Below, one piece after another: positions 27,747 to 34,901 of a stretch of DNA of 36,311 bases (position 1 is the stretch's first letter; every line of letters starts with the position of its first letter). Below the pieces are notes generated by a model. The model saw nothing but the letters and a program-made list of their open reading frames with translations, made no database searches and was not told the origin of the DNA. A program made the translations under genes and the position numbers. The stretch comes from Flavobacterium sp. (GTDB taxonomy: Bacteria; Bacteroidota; Bacteroidia; Flavobacteriales; Flavobacteriaceae): positions 1 through 36,311 of the forward strand of contig JAYTGH010000187.1 in the NCBI GenBank assembly GCA_043733645.1, written 5' to 3'.

Positions 27747-28490
27747 ATGGCAAAGAAGGTCTATACTGAAGAAGAAACGCGGCAAATCTTAGGCAGTAAT
27801 TTCAAGATGCCTGTACGTGATTTTGCGGTGACAGGTATTTTTGGTGTGCAAGGGGCAGGAAAAAGCGATTTAATAAGAGAATTAGCTTTGGGATTAGATG
27901 ATTCCAAAGTCAAAATACTCATAATTGACCCGGCTGGTGCAAGAGGATTTGAAGATTTTAAGGCTATTACTTTTGAGGAATATAAATCTAATTGTGAAAA
28001 GTATTCTTCCAAGCATCCAAAAAGATGGAAATCAGGTATTTTAAGAATGCCTATGGCTATTGGCGATATAAATGAAGCTCTCATTTATATCGCTGAAAAG
28101 TTCAAAAATGGGATTCTGTTTTTGGACGAAGGCAATTCACTTATTTCACGCGCAGGGACAATTAGCGAATGGCAATCCAAGATGTTTAGGCAATGCCGGA
28201 ATAGGTGCGTTGATGTTTATTTTGCTGTTCATAGTTTCAAAGATGTCAAAGAGGCAGTGAGGGGACATATCAAATCCATGTTTTTATTCAGAACGCCCGA
28301 CCAAATTGATTCACCAAAATTCTTTTCCGATTTGGGATATGACGGTGATCACACGGAGCTGTATAACTTGTCAATGCAATCCAGAAAGCGAACCTACAAA
28401 TCCCTCACGATTCAACAACTGCCAAAAATTTGGCATAGTGAGCAATTTAAAGAGCAACTATTGTCAGTCAAAAAATTAACAAAAGGCTAA
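27747..28490 (+). CDS. P-loop ATPase, FtsK/HerA/A32-like genome-packaging candidate
   Basis: Walker A GVQGAGKS, IIDP, Walker B LFLDEG, then CRNRCVDVYFAVHS (Arg-finger plus strand motif) and MFLFR; 247 aa, stand-alone. Confidence 0.75.
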   Translation: MAKKVYTEEETRQILGSNFKMPVRDFAVTGIFGVQGAGKSDLIRELALGLDDSKVKILIIDPAGARGFEDFKAITFEEYKSNCEKYSSKHPKRWKSGILRMPMAIGDINEALIYIAEKFKNGILFLDEGNSLISRAGTISEWQSKMFRQCRNRCVDVYFAVHSFKDVKEAVRGHIKSMFLFRTPDQIDSPKFFSDLGYDGDHTELYNLSMQSRKRTYKSLTIQQLPKIWHSEQFKEQLLSVKKLTKG

Positions 28491-28511
28491 AATACTGAGG
28501 GGGGTAAGATT

Positions 28512-28766
28512 ATGATTGAAGTGACTTTAAACAACGGTCAAAAAATCAGTTTTCCAAAAGAAAGTGTGGGAACTATTGAGGCATTGAAAGATAAAGTAAT
28601 AAAAACACGAATGAAAGTCATAGAAGTTCACGCCGATGATAGAGATTTATGGACTATCTTCAATCGCTTTAGTTTCAATGGCAATTACCCATGCACCATC
28701 CCCATCGCTCACACGCGCTGCACATGGAAAGGCGAAATGGCAGCTTTTATTTTTGATAATTTGTAA
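28512..28766 (+). CDS. Hypothetical protein
   Basis: 84 aa; flanked by TACTGAGGGG motifs in inverted orientation. Confidence 0.55.
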   Translation: MIEVTLNNGQKISFPKESVGTIEALKDKVIKTRMKVIEVHADDRDLWTIFNRFSFNGNYPCTIPIAHTRCTWKGEMAAFIFDNL

Positions 28767-28809
28767 ACACCCCTCAGTATTTTTTTTTAAAATCAATCAA
28801 TTTCAATCA

Positions 28810-29343
28810 ATGAAAAAACTGTTAGTAAGAATCGTTTTTATATTGATATTAATCAGTAATTCAATTCTGATTATGGTTTTACTGCCTATTGTTGACTATT
28901 TTGTGAAAGTAAACAAAGCCATGCAACATGGATTTAAAAAGCTGCTCTCCGAAGCTCCACAAGATGTTCGAAGCATGTTTCCCCACACTTATGACTCGAA
29001 CGGATTGAAATATAATCTGCAATATTTGAAAGAAATATTCAATAGTGTGGCTAAAATGACCGCTGAGGAACAGGCGAAGTTTGCGGATTATGAAACTGTA
29101 GAATGGGTTAAATTTTGTAACGACAATGTTCAGGGTGGGGAAGCAGACAGGGAATATTTTCAAGAACATCGGGTTGAAATGTTGAAAGAAGCCTATGGCG
29201 ACTTAAATACAACTGCTATTGGTAATTTGGCTTATATCGCAGAGCATCTTATTTCAAATGAAAATACTTTTTGGTTTCCAAATGATTGCTACAATTATTT
29301 GTCAAAGCTGCGCTTCTATGCGAATCAATATTTTGTGGATTAA
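28810..29343 (+). CDS. Protein with N-terminal TM
   Basis: MKKLLVRIVFILILISNSILIMVLLPIV; ATG 28810 preferred over 28636. Confidence 0.6.
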   Translation: MKKLLVRIVFILILISNSILIMVLLPIVDYFVKVNKAMQHGFKKLLSEAPQDVRSMFPHTYDSNGLKYNLQYLKEIFNSVAKMTAEEQAKFADYETVEWVKFCNDNVQGGEADREYFQEHRVEMLKEAYGDLNTTAIGNLAYIAEHLISNENTFWFPNDCYNYLSKLRFYANQYFVD

Positions 29344-29384
29344 GCATAGGTAATTAGGCTATGTAAATCAAACCAATAATCTCC

Positions 29385-29651
29385 ATGACATCATTTGTAC
29401 AGGTTGAAAATAAGATAGAGAGGGAGTTACGCGTGTACAGAGGAATTGTACTGAAGCAGGACTTGAAAACAGCCGTACAAGCTCCATCCATGAAAGGATT
29501 GAGAGCTGACATAGAAAAATTTTGTACAGCCCATGACGATGCCAAAACCACGTACTCAGGCTACGAGCAAAAGCATCATGTCTCTATCATTTTTGCCAAA
29601 ATGCTCATTTGCCATCTATTTTTAGATTGCAAAATCATTTTAATTAACTGA
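29385..29651 (+). CDS. Hypothetical protein
   Basis: 88 aa; followed by a terminator at 29718-29753. Confidence 0.45.
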   Translation: MTSFVQVENKIERELRVYRGIVLKQDLKTAVQAPSMKGLRADIEKFCTAHDDAKTTYSGYEQKHHVSIIFAKMLICHLFLDCKIILIN

Positions 29652-29717
29652 ATTTTAAATGAATTATTCGCCGCCTTTTTTTGAATAATAATTGAATTTT
29701 TAGCACTCGGTCACTTC

Positions 29718-29753
29718 AGGCTTGTCTCCAAACATGGAAGCAAGCCTTTTTTT
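29718..29753 (+). terminator. Rho-independent terminator
   Basis: AGGCTTG..TCCA-AACA-TGGA..CAAGCCT-T6. Confidence 0.6.
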
Positions 29754-29981
29754 ATGCCTTTTTCTCTGTTTTAGCCATTTTTACTGAGGGGGTCATTCAA
29801 GGTTATTTAGAAGTTAAATAGCGACCTAATGAGTCCTAAATGAATCCCAAAAAGGTAATTAACGACCTAAACACGACCTAATGCCTACCCAATGCTCCAA
29901 GCTCGCCAAAGTCATTTTCCATATTTGCATTCACTTAAACATTATTAAATGTCATTTCCTAATTAAAAATTATTCAATCAG

Positions 29982-30716
29982 ATGACTGATATTCTGAATC
30001 AATTAGCAGCAGGTGGTGGAATCGCTACAATTATTCCTCAGCCCGGCACATCTGCCTCAGCAGCAGCAGCAGCCATCCCTGGCATTGCTGAACAAACCGT
30101 GAGTAAATCAACGAAAGAAACCGTGATAGTGGATGGTCCTATGAAAGCAGGTAAAACACCTGAGAATGTTTCAATGACCGGCACGACTTACAGCCACATG
30201 GGCGCACCCGTAGAAGCCTTTTTGACTTTCTTCGTGGATGGCTCGGCAGGTACAGTTGGTACGACTGTTACGAAATCAATTTTTGACGCATTCGGCAACA
30301 ACGCTTGCCGCAACCAATGCGGTGCTGGTGCCGGTGGCGGATCAAATGCTGACTTCCGCGTGTATGGTGAAACAATCAATGGTTGCGACACTTTGGCAGC
30401 GTTCATTCGCAAATTGTCTGCGGGTCAATCTTATGATATCAGCTCATTGAAAGTTGAAGATGTCACAGGTGGTACTTCGCAAGATATTGACTACACTGTT
30501 TTGGTGAACCGCTACAATTTCAACGGCGAAGGTGCTTCTTCTCCATTGCGCTTAGGCGATATGCTTGACAGTAAGCAATTTCACCGCGATGTAGCTGAAG
30601 GTTCAGTGACGGGCAATTCTTCTCGCTTGGATGGTGACACGTCTTGGGATGTGCCTGTAAAAGGTGGCAAGAAGGCGAAAATCACTTTGCGCATCGTGAA
30701 ACGCTACCAGTATTAA
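29982..30716 (+). CDS. Candidate major capsid protein (beta-rich, jelly-roll-like)
   Basis: First gene of a new unit; Ala/Gly/Thr-rich N-arm, then about 170 aa of alternating beta-strand pattern; no TM. The function is inferred. Confidence 0.5.
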   Translation: MTDILNQLAAGGGIATIIPQPGTSASAAAAAIPGIAEQTVSKSTKETVIVDGPMKAGKTPENVSMTGTTYSHMGAPVEAFLTFFVDGSAGTVGTTVTKSIFDAFGNNACRNQCGAGAGGGSNADFRVYGETINGCDTLAAFIRKLSAGQSYDISSLKVEDVTGGTSQDIDYTVLVNRYNFNGEGASSPLRLGDMLDSKQFHRDVAEGSVTGNSSRLDGDTSWDVPVKGGKKAKITLRIVKRYQY

Positions 30717-30746
30717 TCGCCAAAAGCACTAAAAGACAGCAAGCTC

Positions 30747-31130
30747 ATGTCGATTACTGTAAAATATATTCCTCTGATTGATGAAGTCATAAACCGCAAT
30801 CCCGTTGCGGTGCGGCTCAATGCTATACGTCTTGGATTGGGCGACGAAAGTTTTCAACTTTCTCGCCAATCCTTGATGGTTTCTATCTCTGATTGGCAAA
30901 AGAAGAATACGGCTACTGAACAACAAGTCGCGGATATGCTTCGAGATGTTTTGAGCGTGGAAACGGCATTGCAAACAGCAGTTGCGGAATTAACCAATCT
31001 AAAGCCTCAGCCTCCAAAAGATATTGAGGTGCCGGATTGGGCGGTGTATTTGACAGGTTTTTTGCTTGTTCTTGGTGTTTTTGCTGCTTTATTGGGTAGT
31101 GTAAAAATCATTCAAAAAATATTTTCATAA
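30747..31130 (+). CDS. Protein with C-terminal TM (putative virion membrane protein)
   Basis: WAVYLTGFLLVLGVFAALLGSV. Confidence 0.6.
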   Translation: MSITVKYIPLIDEVINRNPVAVRLNAIRLGLGDESFQLSRQSLMVSISDWQKKNTATEQQVADMLRDVLSVETALQTAVAELTNLKPQPPKDIEVPDWAVYLTGFLLVLGVFAALLGSVKIIQKIFS

Positions 31131-31149
31131 CCTAAATAAATTCCATCCA

Positions 31150-31383
31150 ATGAGAATTTTTGGTAAAGAAATCAGTAGCACAATGCTTATTGCCTTATCA
31201 CTTTTAGTAGTGGCGGCAATTGCAGGTGTTTGGTATTGGAAAAATCATCACACAAAACATGATGATCATACGACAACCGTAGCAGACAAAGCAGCTACTT
31301 CATCTGTGTCAACAGGCGCAGTAAAAGTTGGTGAGAAAAGAGGATTTGCCATGTCAGGGATTGGTTTAGTTTTTCCAAACTAA
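31150..31383 (+). CDS. Small protein with N-terminal TM
   Basis: LIALSLLVVAAIAGVWYW. Confidence 0.6.
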   Translation: MRIFGKEISSTMLIALSLLVVAAIAGVWYWKNHHTKHDDHTTTVADKAATSSVSTGAVKVGEKRGFAMSGIGLVFPN

Positions 31384-31444
31384 TACACCCCTTGATGCCT
31401 TTGGCTTCATCACGCTTCGGCGTGACAGTAAAAACGCATAAATT

Positions 31445-31942
31445 ATGTCAGCACTCGGTAATGTTTTTACGCCAGCGGTCAATAAAGATGTATCTGTCAA
31501 TCAGTCAACTATCTTCAAATGGACGGGGTATATGTTGCTCATTGCAATAGTGTTGTACATTATTTTTCCGAAGGTCAAATCTTTCTTTTCAGGGTGGTTC
31601 GTGAACGTGGCAGATGTGCCATACAATGTTCCGGGCGATGGCTCAGTAGATACCACTGCAAAGAAAAGTTACTACGAGGGCTTGGTTCAGCAAATGCACT
31701 TAGCTCTCACTACATCCTACACGACAGGTTTACAAGCTGGACCGCGTTGCAAGGCATTTGAACGATGGGTCAAGGAATTGAATAATAACGAATTTCGCTA
31801 TTGCTCCAATATTTTCAAAGGCTCATATCGCAAAACGGTTAGGCAATTGGTGAACGAAACGAACTGGTCAGGTTGTGGTTCTTTCGGAACAGACTACGGA
31901 TCGTTATTTCAAAGAAAACTCGACGCGCTTTCTATACCTTAA
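31445..31942 (+). CDS. TM-anchored protein with Cys-containing helical domain (paralog 1)
   Basis: TM YMLLIAIVLYIIF; the C-domain resembles those of the next two genes. Confidence 0.6.
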   Translation: MSALGNVFTPAVNKDVSVNQSTIFKWTGYMLLIAIVLYIIFPKVKSFFSGWFVNVADVPYNVPGDGSVDTTAKKSYYEGLVQQMHLALTTSYTTGLQAGPRCKAFERWVKELNNNEFRYCSNIFKGSYRKTVRQLVNETNWSGCGSFGTDYGSLFQRKLDALSIP

Positions 31943-31959
31943 AACGGAGCAAAAACATC

Positions 31960-32493
31960 ATGTTTAAATCAATAAGCAATTCATTCTCAGCTTGGTATAA
32001 TGCCCAGACACCGCGCACTCGCATCTTTACGGCAGTCCTTGGTGCATTAGCCGTTGTCATGTTTCTCTATTGGTTTTTTGTCCGCTTTGTGGGTAAAAAT
32101 ATGTCGAGTGGCAAGTCTTTCAAGGATACGCCCATACCAACGGGTACAGGCACGAACACAGGTACAGGCACGAGTGTACAACCGAACTTCACAGATAGTC
32201 CGCAGCTATTCGCTAACGAGTTGATGGTCGCTTTGGAATACACGTGGGGCTTTGGTTCTATATGCGGCAATCCGGATAACCTCTGCTATCGCTTGCAAAA
32301 ATTGGCAGGAAGTAGCGATGAATATATTCGCTCAGTCGGGAAATCCTACTCAGGTGCCAGTACGCAGTCGCTTTCACAGGCGATTCAAAAGAATCCGTGT
32401 GAGTGCTTGGCTTCCTGTTGGACATGCCGAACCACTAAATACCCGGCGAATAAAACAGGGCTTATTTCAAAACTTCAACAATTCGGTTTTTAA
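31960..32493 (+). CDS. TM-anchored protein with Cys-rich helical domain (paralog 2)
   Basis: ATG 31960; TM, GT linker, then LFANELMVAL...LCYRLQKL...VGKSY...LSQAI. Confidence 0.6.
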   Translation: MFKSISNSFSAWYNAQTPRTRIFTAVLGALAVVMFLYWFFVRFVGKNMSSGKSFKDTPIPTGTGTNTGTGTSVQPNFTDSPQLFANELMVALEYTWGFGSICGNPDNLCYRLQKLAGSSDEYIRSVGKSYSGASTQSLSQAIQKNPCECLASCWTCRTTKYPANKTGLISKLQQFGF

Positions 32494-32495
32494 TC

Positions 32496-33287
32496 ATGGC
32501 AGCAAAAGCAAATAGCAATACTCGAATTTTGGTTGTGGCAGTTGCCCTTGCTATTGCAGGATATGGCTTGTATTTGTTGAATAAGTATTTGAAAAACTTG
32601 CAAAAGCCAACGGATACCCCCTCAGTATTGGACACTAATTTTGACCCAATGGGCGGTAATTATGGTACAACAACTACAACCACAACAAAGCCATCAACAG
32701 CCACTGGGGTAGATGTAGATAAAGTATTGAAAACGGGAAACAAAGGGGCAGATGTGAAGCAATTCCAAACGGTTTTGAATCAAATAGCCGACAAAACAAA
32801 GGATACTAAAATATCCGCAGACGGTGACTTTGGTAAAAAAACGGATGCACTCTATCAAAAGCTCTCCATGAACGGGTCCGTTTTTCAAGCGACAATTAAA
32901 GATGCGAATCGCTATTTGACTACGCTTTCAGGCGGCAACGTGACAAGCAGTTCTTCAGGGAATTTCTTTTATGTACCCCTCGACATGGCAACCGCCATTA
33001 AATCTGCCATTAATGTGTCGTGGTTTCAAAACAAATGCGCTAAAGGAAGTGCCATGTGCGATACATTGAAAAAAGTGTATGGTCAAGGTACTGAATTTTT
33101 GCTTGCCGTTGGGCGCGAATACGTGCAGCGCAATGACAACAAGCTCAGTTCTGACATCAATAAATATTTCAATGAGTCGGAAAAGTGTTCATGTCAAACA
33201 AGCGCAAGCGGTTCACCACTTCAATACAGTTTTGAATCTGCTAAAATAGAATCAATCATTGCACAACTGAAATTGGCGAACTTATGA
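32496..33287 (+). CDS. TM-anchored protein with PG_binding_1 domain plus helical paralog domain
   Basis: LKTGNKGADVKQFQTVLN...ADGDFGKKT is a peptidoglycan-binding domain signature. Confidence 0.7.
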   Translation: MAAKANSNTRILVVAVALAIAGYGLYLLNKYLKNLQKPTDTPSVLDTNFDPMGGNYGTTTTTTTKPSTATGVDVDKVLKTGNKGADVKQFQTVLNQIADKTKDTKISADGDFGKKTDALYQKLSMNGSVFQATIKDANRYLTTLSGGNVTSSSSGNFFYVPLDMATAIKSAINVSWFQNKCAKGSAMCDTLKKVYGQGTEFLLAVGREYVQRNDNKLSSDINKYFNESEKCSCQTSASGSPLQYSFESAKIESIIAQLKLANL

Positions 33288-33397
33288 TAGGATTCAGCAA
33301 TAGAGACATTCTCATCGGTATTGCCGTGGGTGTAGTGATTAGCGTACTTGCTGATATTATTGCTCACTGGCTAAAACCTAAAATCTTTACAAAATGA
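33284..33397 (+). CDS. 37-aa single-TM protein (not in ORF track)
   Basis: MIGFSNRDILIGIAVGVVISVLADIIAHWLKPKIFTK; ATGA overlaps at both ends. Confidence 0.7.
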   Translation: MIGFSNRDILIGIAVGVVISVLADIIAHWLKPKIFTK

Positions 33398-33561
33398 CAT
33401 TGGACTCTTTCAACGCTTTTGTTTCAAAAAACAAAGAATTGATAAGCTCTTTGTTAGTTTCTACGGTTTTTGGTGCGCTGCTAATAGGCATACTGGCTAC
33501 TATTTTCGGCGGTTATATCCTCAATCGGATAGAAGAAAAGCGACTTAAATCATCAAATTAA
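33394..33561 (+). CDS. 55-aa single-TM protein (not in ORF track)
   Basis: MTLDSFNAFVSKNKELISSLLVSTVFGALLIGILATIFGGYILNRIEEKRLKSSN. Confidence 0.7.
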   Translation: MTLDSFNAFVSKNKELISSLLVSTVFGALLIGILATIFGGYILNRIEEKRLKSSN

Positions 33562-33575
33562 AATCATTCATCAAA

Positions 33576-33707
33576 ATGAAATTCGGTCAATATATCATTC
33601 TCGCAGTAGTCATTGTTGGCTCTCTCGTTTCGTGGACTTATATCACGCAATGGCAAGTTAAAATGAAAGCTGAAAAGGCTGCAAAAGCCGCAAATAAAAC
33701 AACATGA
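33576..33707 (+). CDS. 43-aa single-TM protein (not in ORF track)
   Basis: MKFGQYIILAVVIVGSLVSWTYITQWQVKMKAEKAAKAANKTT. Confidence 0.7.
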   Translation: MKFGQYIILAVVIVGSLVSWTYITQWQVKMKAEKAAKAANKTT

Positions 33708-33868
33708 CACCTGACATATTGAAACTATTAAGCAATGTAGCTGATAACAAATTAACAATCAATGTGAAAACAGGGGTTGAAAATGACACCATTGTAAAAT
33801 TATCAGTAGCGTCTGTTGTTGTGGGTATCGTCTTGTTGGTTCTCAAATTCATGGTTTTCAAAAAGTAA
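33704..33868 (+). CDS. 54-aa single-TM protein (not in ORF track)
   Basis: MTPDILKLLSNVADNKLTINVKTGVENDTIVKLSVASVVVGIVLLVLKFMVFKK; ATGA overlap. Confidence 0.7.
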   Translation: MTPDILKLLSNVADNKLTINVKTGVENDTIVKLSVASVVVGIVLLVLKFMVFKK

Positions 33869-33873
33869 GCACG

Positions 33874-34008
33874 ATGGAAGAGAAAATAAAGTACATCTAT
33901 ACCGCTGATTGGTTTTCAGTAGCCATGATGGCACTTGCAGGTATAGTCGTCGTCGTGATTCTTACAACTGTCAGTTGGAGGCTTGAAAAATTCGGGCGAT
34001 TGCTCTAA
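33874..34008 (+). CDS. 44-aa single-TM protein (not in ORF track)
   Basis: MEEKIKYIYTADWFSVAMMALAGIVVVVILTTVSWRLEKFGRLL. Confidence 0.65.
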   Translation: MEEKIKYIYTADWFSVAMMALAGIVVVVILTTVSWRLEKFGRLL

Positions 34009-34044
34009 AAATCTATTGTCTAACATCTAATTTCTACCAATATA

Positions 34045-34584
34045 ATGAGTTGTGGATGCGTACCCGGACGTCACTCGCCCCAAGCGATAATTGTTGCTGA
34101 TACTGGAAACATGGGCGGTATTTCTCGCATACGCAATGTGAGTATTTGGAACGAAACGCCTTGGGCAAATTTAGCCAACAGACAAGTGAAATGGCATCTT
34201 TTCAAAAATGGATATGAAGTGATTGCTTCGCCTCAATTGCCTTTCACTGCTAAAATTGACTTTGCAGGTGTCCGACACACCCCCTCAGTATCAGACGGTG
34301 ACAAGCTCAATTTTGAAGATGCTACGGCTGATGTTATCCGTTTTTTGGAGTCGAAATACATTGTGGTTTTGCCCAATGATAGACTTGAAATCGGACTTGA
34401 AATTGTGAACGGTAACAATGAAAAAAGTGATTTGAGCAATCTCATCATTTTGCCTCGTGGCGTGAACGATAGCTGTTGCGATGGTATGGACAATTACCTT
34501 TTTGTCATCGGTAAAGTTGATCATTGCGCCCTCGTCACAGTCGGCGGTTTCGATTACTGCCTTACTACACCTGTTTTAAATTAA
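34045..34584 (+). CDS. Beta-rich Cys-containing protein (candidate minor capsid/vertex protein)
   Basis: MSCGC start, beta-strand pattern, SCC near the C-terminus. Function inferred from position. Confidence 0.55.
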   Translation: MSCGCVPGRHSPQAIIVADTGNMGGISRIRNVSIWNETPWANLANRQVKWHLFKNGYEVIASPQLPFTAKIDFAGVRHTPSVSDGDKLNFEDATADVIRFLESKYIVVLPNDRLEIGLEIVNGNNEKSDLSNLIILPRGVNDSCCDGMDNYLFVIGKVDHCALVTVGGFDYCLTTPVLN

Positions 34585-34614
34585 TCATTTTCTTATACTC
34601 AAAATTTCAGTCAA

Positions 34615-34776
34615 ATGCCCGCTAAAAAAAAGATCACTAAAAGAAGTAAAAAACCTGCTTCAGCTAAACAGTTGGCAGCTCGCGCAGCGATGAAAGTACG
34701 GATGCAAAAAATATCCGCTTCTCGCAAGCCCAACGAATCAATGAAAGATGCTGTAAAACGCTATTTCGCGAAATAG
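34615..34776 (+). CDS. 53-aa highly basic protein (not in ORF track)
   Basis: MPAKKKITKRSKKPASAKQLAARAAMKVRMQKISASRKPNESMKDAVKRYFAK. Confidence 0.65.
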   Translation: MPAKKKITKRSKKPASAKQLAARAAMKVRMQKISASRKPNESMKDAVKRYFAK

Positions 34777-34901
34777 TTGTAAAAATGAGTAGAACCTATA
34801 AAATTAAAAAAAGGACTTGTGTGGATCATAATCAGAATTTAGATGAGTCCTTTTCTTTTTCCTTTTAAAATTCCTTTTTCGGTAGCTTAAATAGTAGAAA
34901 A

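Noticed and set aside
27747-28490. ATPase as terminase, ParA or VirB4
   Set aside because: Too short and lacks a nuclease domain for TerL, lacks the KGGxGK deviant Walker A of ParA, and has no T4SS neighbours.
34785-34868. 27-aa ORF MSRTYKIKKR...
   Set aside because: Coincides with an AAAAGGACT...AGTCCTTTT terminator-like hairpin; probably non-coding.
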